A DNA stretch of 64,000 bases from the human T2T-CHM13v2.0 reference genome, Homo sapiens, in assembly GCF_009914755.1 (NCBI RefSeq), contig NC_060943.1; one strand, 5' to 3'. A program made the translations under genes and the position numbers. Positions 20,225 through 45,430 of the stretch are shown here, piece after piece; positions within the stretch are counted from its first letter, which is position 1; every line of letters begins with the position of its first letter. The notes beneath the pieces were generated by a model that saw nothing but the letters and a program-made list of their open reading frames with translations, was not told the DNA's origin and made no database searches.

Positions 20225-20407
20225 CTATGTAACAACAGCAGCAACAAAATCTTAGCACTTTGGGGGGCTGAGGCAGGAAGATCACTTGAGCCCAGAAATT
20301 CAAGACCAGCCTGGGCAACGTAGTGAGACCCCATCTCTATAAATAAATAAAAATAAAAGCAAATAATTTAAAAGAATAAACATTGTGAACATCAATTCCC
20401 ATCACAG

Positions 20408-20474
20408 CAAGCCCTGGATGAAAACATGGACCTCTTGGAAGGTATAACTGGCTTTGAAGACTCTGTCCGAAAGT
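20408..20474 (+). CDS. EIF3K: EIF3K exon 5
   Basis: 67 nt QALDENMDLLEGITGFEDSVRK+T; cacag| ... |GTAAGT. Confidence 0.96.
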
Positions 20475-20578
20475 GTAAGTCCCTCTCTGAGGCTGGGCTC
20501 CCCAAGGGGAAGGGGTAGGGAGTGGCAGCCAGGTCCGGGGGGACAGCTGCTCACCGGTTTTGTCTCTGACCTCCACAG

Positions 20579-20656
20579 TTATCTGCCATGTTGTGGGTAT
20601 CACTTACCAGCACATTGACCGCTGGCTGCTGGCCGAGATGCTCGGGGATCTGTCGG
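20579..20656 (+). CDS. EIF3K: EIF3K exon 6
   Basis: 78 nt (F)ICHVVGITYQHIDRWLLAEMLGDLS+G; ccacag| ... |GTAACG. Confidence 0.96.
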
Positions 20657-21456
20657 GTAACGCCCTCTGGGTCCTGGTGCACATCTGGGAGGTTGGGGGT
20701 GGCTAGGGCAGTGGACCTCAGTCAGCTCCTCCAACAGGCCTGTCTGGGTCTCATCAGGTCAGCATGGAAGGCCCAGCCCAAGGAGGAAATAAGAACTTGG
20801 TATAAGACAGTCTCTGCCTTGAGGGAGATCCTATGCCATTTGCTCATTTATTTTGCATTAATTGAGTGCCTACCGTGTGTCAGTGTGCTAAACTGGGCGT
20901 GCAGCAGTAAACAAAGTGGGATGGCTCCAATTCATTCTCATGGAGGTAGCAAAGCACATGGCGACATGGAGGTGTCCAGTGGTGATTCCTGTCATGAAGG
21001 AAAGCAAGACAGCTCACAGACCAGCGGCATCTGAGCCCTTACCTCCGTAGAGAGAGGCCCGTGGCCTGAGGTAGTGCAGAGGAGGATAGTAGAGCAGGGC
21101 CCTGACTTGTAACGTTCATGGGTAGCCAGGGTGTATGTGGCCAGAGCAGAGTAAGCATGGGCGAAAGTAGAGAGCTGGGGGTTGGAGGGGCATTTCCAGG
21201 TCATGTGGGGCCTCGGGAGGACCTTGTCCTTTCCCCTGACTGAGAAGGAGCCACCGGAGGGCTCTGAGCAGGGTAGGGCTCTGATCAGATGGATATTTTT
21301 TAAAGATCCCCCCAAGAACAAAAAAAGAAAAAATAACTTATTTGCTTACTTTTGTAAAAAGAAACGTAGAAAAGGAAGTCAAGAAACTAAGGAAGGCCGG
21401 GTGCGGTGGCTCCCGCCTGTAATCCAGCACTTTGGGAGGCCGAGGTGGGCGGATCA

Positions 21457-21738
<282 letters not shown>

Positions 21739-22038
21739 TCAGGAGTTCGAGACCAGCCTGGCCAACATGGGGAAACCCCGTCTCTACTAAAAATACAAAA
21801 ATTAGCTGGACGTGTTGGCATGTGCCTGTAATCCCAGCTATTCGGGAGGCTGAGGCAGGAGAACCGCTTGAGCCCAGGAGCAGAGGTTGCAGTGAGCCAA
21901 GATCACACCACTGCATTCCACTCTGGGCACTTTTAGTAGAGAAGGAGTTTGACCATGTTGGCCAGGCTGGTCTTGAACTCCTGACCTCAAGTGATCTGCC
22001 CACCTTGGCCTCCCAAAGTACTGGGATTACAGGCGTGA

Positions 22039-22206
<168 letters not shown>

Positions 22207-22281
22207 TGAGACTATAGGCCTCTGCCACCTCGCCCAGCTAATTTTTTTTTTTTTTTTTTTTTTAGCAGAGATGGGGTTTCA

Positions 22282-22615
<334 letters not shown>

Positions 22616-22970
22616 TTATAATTTTGCAACCGTTTCATATAGGTTGTGGGAAAAGGTAGATAAATACGCTGCTCTTGTTAGGAACCAAAATTTGCCCAGG
22701 GAGAGAAAACAGAGGAATAGAAATTAAGGCAGAAGCCCCACGATGAGGCTGAAAGAGCTCACAGGCTCCCTCTGGCGGCCATTCAGAGAATGACCCGTGG
22801 AAGGGCAGGGGCGGAAGCAAGGAGACCAGGCCAGCTGCTGCTGTCCAGGAGATGTCAGTGGGCAAGGGGGGCTGCCCTGGCTTCCTGAGCCATGACTCTG
22901 TTGCCTCTCAGTCCCCTGGAACTGTGGGATCAGGCTGACTGAAGCCCCTTGCTGCCCCTGTCACCTGCAG

Positions 22971-23096
22971 ACAGCCAGCTAAAGGTGTGGATGAGCAAAT
23001 ACGGCTGGAGTGCCGACGAGTCGGGGCAGATCTTCATCTGTAGCCAAGAAGAGAGCATTAAACCCAAGAACATTGTGGAGAAGATTGACTTTGACA
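22971..23096 (+). CDS. EIF3K: EIF3K exon 7
   Basis: 126 nt (D)SQLKVWMSKYGWSADESGQIFICSQEESIKPKNIVEKIDFD+A; ctgcag| ... |GTGAGT. Confidence 0.96.
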
Positions 23097-24866
23097 GTGA
23101 GTGGTGACCCACGGCCTCGGGCTTTGGGGCTAAGGGGGTGCCCCTCAAGGGAGGCCGAGGCAGGGGCCCAGAGGACCTGGGTAGATCTGCTCGTGTTCTG
23201 GGCTGGGAAGTCTGCACCTGCCAGATTCCATTCACCTTGTGTCTTGGGGCTCCCGCCCAGGAGGAATAGCGGGGAGCTGGGTGATCTTCCCTGGAACTTC
23301 TAGGCCCTGTGTCCTGCCCCATAGCACTCAGCAAGACTTCCTGGGGCCCAGCGGGGCCTCACAGGGGGTCTCTGCACCCTTATTTGTCCCTGAGGCCTGT
23401 CTCGTTGGCCATCTTTTATTCTTGGGGTGCCCAAGCCTCATGTGCAGACTTGGAATCCGGTGAACAGTAGGAATCTTGATTCTCTAGTTTGGGTGATTCC
23501 ACATTTTTGTGCCTCAGTTTTCTCATCTAAAAAATGGGGACGACTGCAACAGTAACTATGATAAACACTGTGTAGGTCCTTACACTTACATCATTTGATC
23601 CTCAGTTGCTAAATGATATAAATAGTATCATACCTACCTCATGGCATCATAAGTGTGAATGCATGTATAACACTTAGCAAAGAGCTAAGTGACCACACAG
23701 TTCATTAAATGTTCATTATGACCATCGTCTACACACATGTAACTAACACAGGCTCAACTGCTTGCTCAACTAAAAAGATTGCAGTGGCTACTCCGGCAGC
23801 GGGTGCTGCTTCACTGCCGCTCATCATGGCACTGAGCAGATGTCCTGGAGCCAGGGAGAAAGGCACAGGCGGGCTGCTGCCTTCATCCCGGGTCTCCCCC
23901 ACCCGCTTGAGTGTGATTCAGGTGTTTTAAAGATGTGTTTGGTACAACGTGGTTTCTTAACACAAACCAGCTAATTTTGTACTTAACTGGGGAACAGCAT
24001 TGAGCAGGCAGCCATCTGCGCACTTGCAGCCCGTGGTATCTCACCTCTAAACGCCGCGTGACTGCTGTGTCGGGGTTCTCAGTGAGAACTCCAGCAAAAG
24101 ATTCTGTAGTGAGGAAAGGGCCTCCTTTCTTCTCCCCTTTGGCTTCTGTTGCCCCACCCCACCTTCCTGACCTTTTAGGTCACAGGTGGAGAGGGCAGTG
24201 CTGAGTCAACAAGGAAAAGGAGGAGGAAGGTGTGAATCTCAGGGAAGTAGGAGCCCAGCCCTGCCGGGGGAGTAGACGGGAGGGTTCCCTCTGTCTCAGT
24301 TCTGGCTCCATTGCTCTGTGTCCTGGGTCAAACAGGATAGGTTCAAAATACTCAGGAGGCTGAGGCAGGAGAATCACTTGAACCCGGAAGGTGGAGGTTG
24401 CAGTGAGCCAAGATCGCTCCACTGCACTACAGCCTGGGCAACAGAATGAGACTGTGTCTCAAAAAAAAACTTAAGAGTATCCTGCAAATAGTACCTAGTA
24501 AATATTATCATGTAGGTAATTACAAACAACACTTCCTTGGCACTTTGTTCTAAGCACCTCGTTTGGTCCTACAATCCTATAAGGTAGGTGCTTCTTAAAG
24601 ATAGGAAGGTAGGTGATGCTCAGAGATGTTCAGTAACTTGTCCAAGTGACCCAGCTGTTAATTGGCAGAGCTGGGATTTGAACCTAGCCCTCCTTGCTCC
24701 AGAGTCCATCTTTTTAAAATACTGCACCAAACTGCCTTTGTGATGGTAACTGGGGCCTGGAAGGAGTTTATGATCTCCCCCTAAAGAATTGTGGGTGCTG
24801 TAGCAGGTGGCTGGAGGTTTGTCTCCCGCCCTTCTCACCTTCAGTCTGGTCTCTCCTTCCCCACAG

Positions 24867-24898
24867 GTGTGTCCAGCATCATGGCCTCCTCCCAGTAA
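24867..24898 (+). CDS. EIF3K: EIF3K exon 8, coding part with stop
   Basis: (S)VSSIMASSQ then TAA at 24896-24898; acceptor ctctccttccccacag|. Confidence 0.96.
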
Positions 24899-24910
24899 CT
24901 TCAGGTGTTT

Positions 24911-24916
24911 AATAAA
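24911..24916 (+). terminator. EIF3K polyadenylation signal AATAAA
   Basis: Canonical hexamer 12 nt after the stop codon, followed by GT- and pyrimidine-rich sequence. Confidence 0.85.
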
Positions 24917-25280
24917 GATGTGTTGACTCAGCCCTACTGTCTCCTCCCTGGCTTCCTGCCTCTGCCCCTTGCCCACCAGAGGGAGCTCAGGAGCAGGCCT
25001 CTGCTCTGGGTTGGCCCCCGCACCGTACCCCCAGCCCCCACCACACCACACCCCATGGCGGGGTTTCCGCCTCCTTTTTCCCCTGCTTCGACTTCCTCCC
25101 TTGCCCCACCCTACCTTCCTGACCTTTTAGGTCTTGGGTGGGGAGGGCAGCATTGAGTCAGCAAGGAGGAGGGAGTATGAATGGGATGTGGCAGCCCAGC
25201 CCTGTGGTGGAGGCTGAGCACCTCTGGGAGGAGTGAAGGTGAAGTTTCCCTCTGTCTTGATGGTGGCTCTTGCTTTGTGA

Positions 25281-35240
<9,960 letters not shown>

Positions 35241-35329
35241 TTAGTGCCTGCGTAAAACATAGTCTGGCACAGAATAGGTGTTCAATAAATATTTGTTGAA
35301 TTTGTGTCGCTGAATGGGAACCCGGTGCA

Positions 35330-36058
<729 letters not shown>

Positions 36059-39000
36059 TAGAGGAAGGAATTGGGAATCTGAAAAGAGAATTGGCGGCTG
36101 GGTGGGGAATATGGGAGTCAAATAAAAGGAATCGGGAAGGCTGATGAAGGATTTGGAGGGTCTGGGCGTGCCATTAGGGGAAACCGAGGAGATGACTGGG
36201 CAGGCTGAAATGGAACTGGGATCCGAGGCGGGCTTGAAGGGTCGGAGCATGGGTTGGGGGTGCTGGGAGGAGAATCAGGGGAGGCTGGGAAGGGAATTTC
36301 TGGGTCTGGGAAGTGTGAGGAGGAGCTTGAGTGTGGAGGGGTTGGTTATTTGGAGAGCAGAAAGATCTGAAGGAGATTGGAATTGGGGGAGCCTCAGGTT
36401 GGGGGAGTTATAAAGGGGATGAAGAATCAAGTGTGAGGATGGAGTGGAGATTGTGGGGTCTGAAGACGGGTGGGAAGACTAGGGAGGCTGGGAAGATGAA
36501 AACAGGGGCTAAGGGTAGAATTGAGCATGAAAAGACATGGGCTTAGGGTGTGAGGAGGGTAGAGGTGCCAGGACTGGGGGTCTGAGGAGGGTGGGGTGCG
36601 GAAGGAAGAAGTTAAGGGGCCCGTGAATCAGACGTTTTTGAAGGGGGTGAGATTTATTTGTGGTGCCCTGTTCCAAAGGGGAGAAGATTAAGAGATAGGA
36701 GGAATAATAAGAGGAATTGATGAGGGATGGAGAAGCCGAAGTAGAGGGGATACGGAGAGTGGGGATAATTTGGGGAGGGATTTCTAAAGAATTGATGGGA
36801 AGCTGAAAAGCTAAAGCGTTGGAGAGAATGAGGAAGTGTAGAGGGAGAAGGTGAGATCGGTGGGAGGGAGGGTGAGCTGGAATGGTGGATAATGGGAGAG
36901 AGGTTCGTTTAGGAAAATGAAAGTCTCATTAGAAAGGGAATGCGTAATGGATAGACTGAGAAAGGAATTTGAGGAGGGGGTGCTGGCTCCTGGAGGTGCA
37001 GTCCCGGGACTGGAGAGCGTGTGTGTGTCGTGCAGGCAGAATGAGTTTGGGGAGGAAGCGTTGAGAGTGTCCAGGAAGAATTGTGTCTTTTTTGGAGAGA
37101 CCGGAGGTAGGTGAAGGGATCCTGAAGCAGAGACTGTGTTCAGGTGGCACTGTTTTTTTGGGGGGCGGGGGGGGCAACTTGGTAGGGCCCCACAGCAGTG
37201 AAAAGGTGATCAGAAGTGGAGTGGGATCCCCGAGCGAGGTGTCAGTGTCTGTGGGGGGGGGATAAATCCAGTGTGGTTGAGGGGGGAGCTCTGAGTGTGT
37301 GCAGGAAGAGCTAAAGAAAGGAGCGTGGTGAGTGGGTGTGTGTGGGGGGAAGGGGTTGTTCAGAAGTTTTGTGCGTGAAATGGGTGGGAGGTACTTGAAG
37401 TTGGAAGCATTTCGTGGGATCTGGAGATCTGGATTTTCTTTCCAGATTTGTTACTGATTCGCTCTGTGGCCTTGGACAAGACCCTTGAACTCTCCGGGCA
37501 GTTTTGTTATCTGCAAAATGCAAAGGGATCCGAGGGTTCCCTGCGGTGATTCTGTTAATAAAGAGGGATGTGTGTAGAGTTGGGACTTTGGACAGGGCTC
37601 TGAAGGTTTGGGAGAGTGAGTTTGGTGGAGATTTTTCAGGAACAGGCTACAGGGCTTTGAGTGGTGACCTGGCAGAGTGGGGAGTGACTGGAAGCCTCTC
37701 GAGGGCGCGAGTTGGTGGCCAGGAGCTTGGCACAGGCAGCCTAGCCCAGGCTGGAGGGGAAAGGGTGGGAAGGGTGGAAGGAGCAGCTGTTCCAAGGCAG
37801 CCTGAGGTGGGGCCGGGCATAACCTTGGGTCCATTACCAGCGTTGCTTGAATTTCCTCATCCGTAGTAACTGAGGGGCATGGCAGTGGCTTGGTGGGAGG
37901 GGTGTCCTTATCCGTGGCCCCACCTACTGCAGGATGGACAGGTTGCGATAGTTGGCATAAATTCACTTTTTGAGGGGAAGGTGAGATCTGTTCTGGAGTC
38001 TCAACAATAATTTATTGCCTGAGGCAGTGCCAGGTTGGAAAAGGTTGCCAAGAGACCTGGAAAGTTGGGAGGGAGCAGGGGCCACAGTGGTGGTTTTGAG
38101 AATGTCTAGGCTTTGTCTTCTGCAGCTGAAGGTGCTGGAGAAAATAAACCCCTCCCCCTTTTTTCTCAGGTGATAAGGGTGGGGGGACCTTCCTTTTCTC
38201 TCCCTTCCTGTCTTCTGCCACTCCTCAAGTGACTCCTTTTGCGAGCCGGGTTTCACTCCCTCCCGAGAGTTAGGGTGTGGGCTTTGTTCGTGGTTATAGT
38301 GTCCCTTGCCTACAGGGTGAGGCTGGGGCACCATTCAGGCCCTGGGTGGAAACCAGGACTCCCCAGAACCTCCAGGCCTTGCTGCCATGTGTCATTCTCT
38401 TACCTCCCAGCTCCCTTCCTCTGGGGCCGGGCAGGTTTGAGGGAAAAGGGTGGCTCACAGAGTCCGCTAATACCATCTGCTTTCGTGTCTCAGCCAGAGC
38501 CAGATTCTAGTACCTCCTGCTTTACACCTCCTCCAGCAAATATTTACCCTTAGCTGCTCTGTGGGGGAAACTACTGCTTCACCTCTGTGCCCTTTCCTGT
38601 TATGGGGTAGGGATTCTTTTTGAAATGGGGGAAGGAGTAATGGAAAGGAATACACCAATCTGTGTGGCTCTCTACCTTCCTACTAAGAAACATCCCTGCA
38701 CTCCCAGGCTGGCTGGGTTGTTTGTTTGTTTGTTTGTTTGTTTTTGGAGACGGAGTTTTGCTCTTGTTGCCCGGGCGTGATCTTGGCTCACCGCAACCTC
38801 CGTCTCCCGGGTTCAAGCGATTCTCCTGCCTCAGCCTCCCGAGTAGCTGGGAATACGGGCATGCGCCACCACGCCTGGCTTTTTGTATTTTTAGTAGAGA
38901 CGGGGTTTCTCCATGTTGGTCGGGCTGGTCTCAAACTCCCGACCCCAGGAGATCCGCCCGCCTCGGTCTCCCAAAGTGCTGGGATTACAGGAGTGAGCCA

Positions 39001-39780
39001 CTGCACCCAGACTGGCTGGGTTTTTTCTACATTGCAGTGTTGCTTTAGTGAATGACAGATTGCCCTTCTTGCCTCTCCAAGGCTGAGCCACTGGGCACGG
39101 GAAGAATGACAGTCCTGGGGGTTCTGTACATGCATACTCCAAAAAAATATGCATCCAGAACAGCTGTAGGCCCTCAAAGTGGGTAGAATTGAATTCTTCT
39201 AGGAATTAAGCAAGAGTTGGCCCAAATCAGAGGGGACGTGTGTCTCACTTCTGCTTGGAAGCCCTTTGCTCTGACTTCTAGGGACCCCTGTAACCCGTAA
39301 GTAGGTTATGCAACGGTTTTTACATGAGAGGGCCATGAGTGTTCTCCTGGCGGGATGGAGAAGCATTGTTCTGGTCTTTGAGCAAATTCTTGAGCAATTA
39401 CAGTTCTGGGCCACAGTTCCCTCTCCCAATTTCTAAAAGTGGCCTGGGTAACCTCATCACCCTCTGTTGTCCTGGAAGGGTGAGATCTCTTGAAGGTTAT
39501 GCCAAATCTCATTACAGCAAGAAGAAATGACTCACTTGCTAAGTTTTCGTGTTCATTGAAACATCACTATTTCAGGGGCCTCAATGTTTCAACCCTGACC
39601 GTTGGCTTTTTTTTTGGAGACGGAGTTTTGCTCTTGTTGCCCATGTGGCTGTATTAGGTATGAGTTAATTATTTGAAAGTTTTTGTTTGTTTTTTGTATT
39701 TGTTTTTTTTGTTTTGTTTTGTTTTGTTTTTTTTGAGACAGAGCCTCACTCTGTCACCAGGCTGGAGTGCAGTGGTGTGA

Positions 39781-40023
<243 letters not shown>

Positions 40024-40782
40024 TGAAGTAGATCTTTTTTTCTTTTTAAAGGCTGATAATGGAGGCCCCAAAGTAGCCATCTGTTACTTTGTTCCATTAC
40101 TCTAATTGCTTGCCTCTTAGGATCTGGCTAGGACTAACAGTTTTCAAAATTGAGTAACACACTTGACAAAAAAAAAGGAACCAAACTCAAACTCAACTGT
40201 TATCTAGAAAAAAGACTGTGTAAATATGTGTGAGAGGCAAGTATACTCTGTTTGCCCTCTTGTAAGAGGGATAGGGGAGGCCACTCAGCTGCTAGCACTC
40301 TGTTCTCTCCCCTCATCCTCTCCAGAATGTATTTTAGAACTTGACTCTTCTAATGACTGAAGAAAAGGTGGGGTATGGGAAGATGGCCTGGGACTGCAGG
40401 GTCACTTACACTCACCTGGCTAAGAGTTGAGATCTGGCTGGTGCCCTGGAGTGGCACCTGCCACTCACCTAATCCTAAACAATCCAGGGTGTGGGCCCAG
40501 GATTGCCCTCTGCCTTTTGAAACACCCTCCCTGGTTCCGGCTTCTAAGACCAACAGGGAGGCTACTTTGGTGGCAGGGAGCTGACTCACCCTCCAGTTGG
40601 AACTGGTGCTAAAAGCCTCCATTTAACGACAGCCGACTGCTTGGCCCCAAGTGGGCTGCCTTGTGGGGGGGAAAGTTCAGTGGAAAGTGTTGGAGGAAGC
40701 AGGGTGGTGTGTGAATATCCAAGTAGTGCTGGTGCTATTAAGCTCTGACACAGTCAGGGAGGTCAGTTAAAATGTGGTCTTA

Positions 40783-41166
<384 letters not shown>

Positions 41167-42214
41167 TCATGGCAGACTTTGGCCAGACAGCGCCCTTTTT
41201 CAGAGTGAACTGAGTGTAGCACAAATTATCTGCCAGTGCTAGTTAGCAAACAGAATGGAGCCAAAAAAGAATTGATTTGGGAAGGCCCAAGGAATTTGAA
41301 ACCGTTGAGATGAACACTTTCCGTTTTTGCTACACTGATTTATGTTGTGCTGGGAATTGTACAAGCCTTTGACCAGACCTTAGGGTTGTTCTTTAAAAAA
41401 AAAAAAAAAAGATTCCCTTGCTGCTGCTTTTACTTTTTTGAAGGGCAGAAGGGAAGGGCAAATATAATTAGTGAACAGCTGTTTGCTCTAGTATCACTTG
41501 CTCGTTCGGGTTTTCTGAATAGCTGAAATATCAACATGTTTATCTCTTCCCTTGCCTTAGTATATCCTAGAGCAGTGTTTTCCCTGGCTTTATCTTTATT
41601 CCTTCATTTAATGAACTCCGTGTTTTCATCACTCACATTTTGTTCCCTTCCCTCAGTTTCCTTCCTTTGCCTTCATTTATGTATTTAGTTTACAGAATAA
41701 CAAAAGCACTCGTGTTACTTTTAAACAAGGTAAAACTTAAACAGTTTTTTCCTCCGTTTCTTTTTTTATGGAAATAAGAGGCAAGTGATAGCAAGTGGGT
41801 AATTCAATGGCAGTGGTAACTGAAGCACTGACCTGTTACAAGAGAGACGGAAGCTTCTACTTGAGCAGATACAAATACTGTCATCCGTGGAGATTTGAAA
41901 GAAGTCTTTCTATCACTGGGTAGTTTGAGAGCTCATTAGTCTTCTTTAGAATGGGTTTAAACTTGGAAACATCAAAGCAAGTTACAAGGAAACTTAGTTT
42001 TACAGTGTTGGCAGCCTAGGCGCCAGAATTTGTTATAAAGTGTCTGAAAGTGGCACAGGTATCACTTAACTTTTCTTCAAGAAGGTCTATGAGTTACATT
42101 TTACTCGGTATCCCAGGCATCAAGGAGTGTAACTTTCAATGAATCAAAGAGAAACAGAATCATTTTAAATTCCAGCCTCTGTTTAAAGAAGGATCTTATG
42201 AAGGGGAGAAATTA

Positions 42215-42610
<396 letters not shown>

Positions 42611-43694
42611 TTACATCAGTGCATGGGAAGTTTTATCCAAGTAGCAGTTTCCCTGGGATTATAAAAATCCCCGAGGCATTTGTCTTGGTGTTGTGCCTTT
42701 TTTTGGTTGTGTTTTTTCACGTCCCTCCCCTCCCCTTTCTCCATAAACAAGAGAGGCATTAACTTGGAATGTCCGTGGAAAGTCTTAGAAGCTGATTGGT
42801 GTAATTTGCCTGCCTTCCCTTTAGTTTGAACAGCGTTTACTCTGGAAGAGGTCAGTGGCCTTTTTCTTGGTTGTGATTTATGCAAGTGTTATCTGAAGGC
42901 GAGTGGAGTGAGTTTACGTGGGATTTGCTGTTTGCCACCTGTTGTTGTGCTGGCTCCTTCCTTCCTGGGATGAGTTCCATTCTCTCCCCCTCCCCCAGGA
43001 GTGAGGCTCCCCAGCCAGAGCAGTCCCCCTGTGCTTATCCCCTTCCTTCGTAAACTGCAGCCATTTGTGATTTTCCATAACCACTTTTATAGACACATAA
43101 TAATTTCCTTTGAATCAGTTTGCATTTTAAATTAAGTTTTGAAAGGAAAACTGACAAGAGTATGGCAACTGGAAAACCCAGCTCCCCTGGCCATAAATAT
43201 AATAGAAGGAAACTGCAAAAATAAACACATTGAAAACAAAACAGTGTTGTTTCCAGGTGGTTACCACTCGGGCTGAAGGCCCCCCAGGCTTGAGGCCTGC
43301 TCCCTTTGTTAGAAAGGGATTGGCAAGTGTTGGTGAGGTGTTAAAGACCCACCAGCACCAAGCAGAGACTTTCTCTTTGAAGTCATCAGGTTTACAAGAG
43401 AATCAAAGGAAATAACTTTCTCAATGTGATTCAGGGTGTAATGTAAGGTGTAGATAACCCTTAAAATTTTCCATGTGTGTATGTCACACTTGGGAAAAAA
43501 ACTTGATCTCATCTGGTCGAGGTGGGCAGGGCAGCACCTTGTCCAGGAGCACACAGCCCCTCTTGGCTCTGTGTGTCATCCGGCCATACTAGACTCGAAC
43601 ATATGGCTCATGACTGGATGATGCTTGATTCATCTTCAGTTTCAAGTGTTAGTGCTTTTGAGGTTTTGTAAGAAACCAGGACACATTGAAAATA

Positions 43695-44033
43695 CAGTCA
43701 TTTCTCAGTATCTGTGGGGGATTGGTTCCAGGAACCCCCTTATATACCAAAATCCACAGATGCTCAAGTTCCTTATGTAAGATAAAACGATGTGTAATTT
43801 GCATTTTAACTATGCACATCCTCCTGAATACTTTAAATCATCTCTAGATTACTTATAACCTAATGCTAAATGCTACGTAAATGGTTGTTACACTGTGCTG
43901 TTTAGGAAATAATGACAAAAATATGTACATGTTCAGTGCAGATGCAACCATTCATTTTTTTTCTTCCAGTATTTTCGATCCATTGTTGGTTGAATTCACA
44001 GATAGAGAACCCATGGATACAGAGGGCTAGCTG
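43695..44033 (+). mobile_element. MER2 (TcMar-Tigger non-autonomous DNA transposon), full length
   Basis: CAGTC...GTATCTGTGGGGGATTGGTTCCAGG ... GGATACAGAGGGCTAGCTG terminal inverted repeats, TA target duplications on both sides, internal TTTAAATCATCTCTAGATTACTTATAA. Confidence 0.85.
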
Positions 44034-45127
44034 TAAGAAATGTGGGTTTATCATTTGTTCCTCACACAACTTTTTTCTTTCTTCGTTTTTCTTGCCTTTG
44101 TTCCTTTTTTTTGAGACAGGCTGTCACTCTTTTTACCAAGGCTGGAGTGCAGTGGAACAATCTTGGCTCACTGAAGCTTTGACCTCGGGCTCAAGCCATC
44201 CCCCCACCTCAGCTTCCCAAGTAGCTGGGACTAGAGGTGCACACCACCACGCCTGACTGATTTTTGTGTTTTTGTAGAGATGGGGTTTTGCTGTGTTGCC
44301 CAGTCTGGTCTCAGCCTCCCAAAGTCTTGGGATTACAGGTGTGAGTCACCACGCCCAGCCAACTTTTTCTCTTAAGGCTCCAGTTTTCTTCTTAGAGTTG
44401 GGCCCCTCCCACGAAGAAAGCACACTGCCACCCCTTCATCGGATTTGAACCCTACATTTTGAAAGGAAAGCAGTGCCCTCCTGCTGAGTTAACAAGGCTT
44501 ATTTAAATGTTTTTCTTCCAAATATCAGAGCAGAACAGATTCTTTGTCTTCCAGTGGAACTATCCACATGGGGCAGAAGTAGTTGGAAGCGGCAGTTACT
44601 ACCCTGCAGAACACAATGAAGTCATCTTGGGAAATATCGTGGATGGTGTTGCAATGATTGAATGGGATGCTAGAACACCAGCAATACAATAGCATTTGTG
44701 TCTTCAGCTTCAGGCAGGAATAAAGAAGACTTTGTGGTTTGTTTTATGTTTTTTAAAGTTTCCCCCCCAAAGGTGTGGGGCTGAGTGATGTCTGTCACTA
44801 GCTTTCTAGTGGGTTTTTCTTTTCATCTTTTCCCCTCCCTGATGTCTTTTGAGAGTGGGTGGAAGCCACAGTCTAGGTGGATCAGAGGAAGCACAGAAGG
44901 CAGGCAGTATACCCCACTTTGTGTTTTCCATGTCTGAAGGGAACACATTTGGTTTTTGTTCTGTTTTGATTTTTTAGAGACAGGGTTTCACTGTCACCCA
45001 GGCTGGAGTGCAGTGGCCTAATCATAACTCACTGCAGCCTTGAACTCTTGGGCTCAAGGGATCTTTCAGCCTCAGCCTCCCTAGTAGCTGGGATTATGTG
45101 TGCACCACCATGGCCAGCTAATTTTAA

Positions 45128-45430
<303 letters not shown>

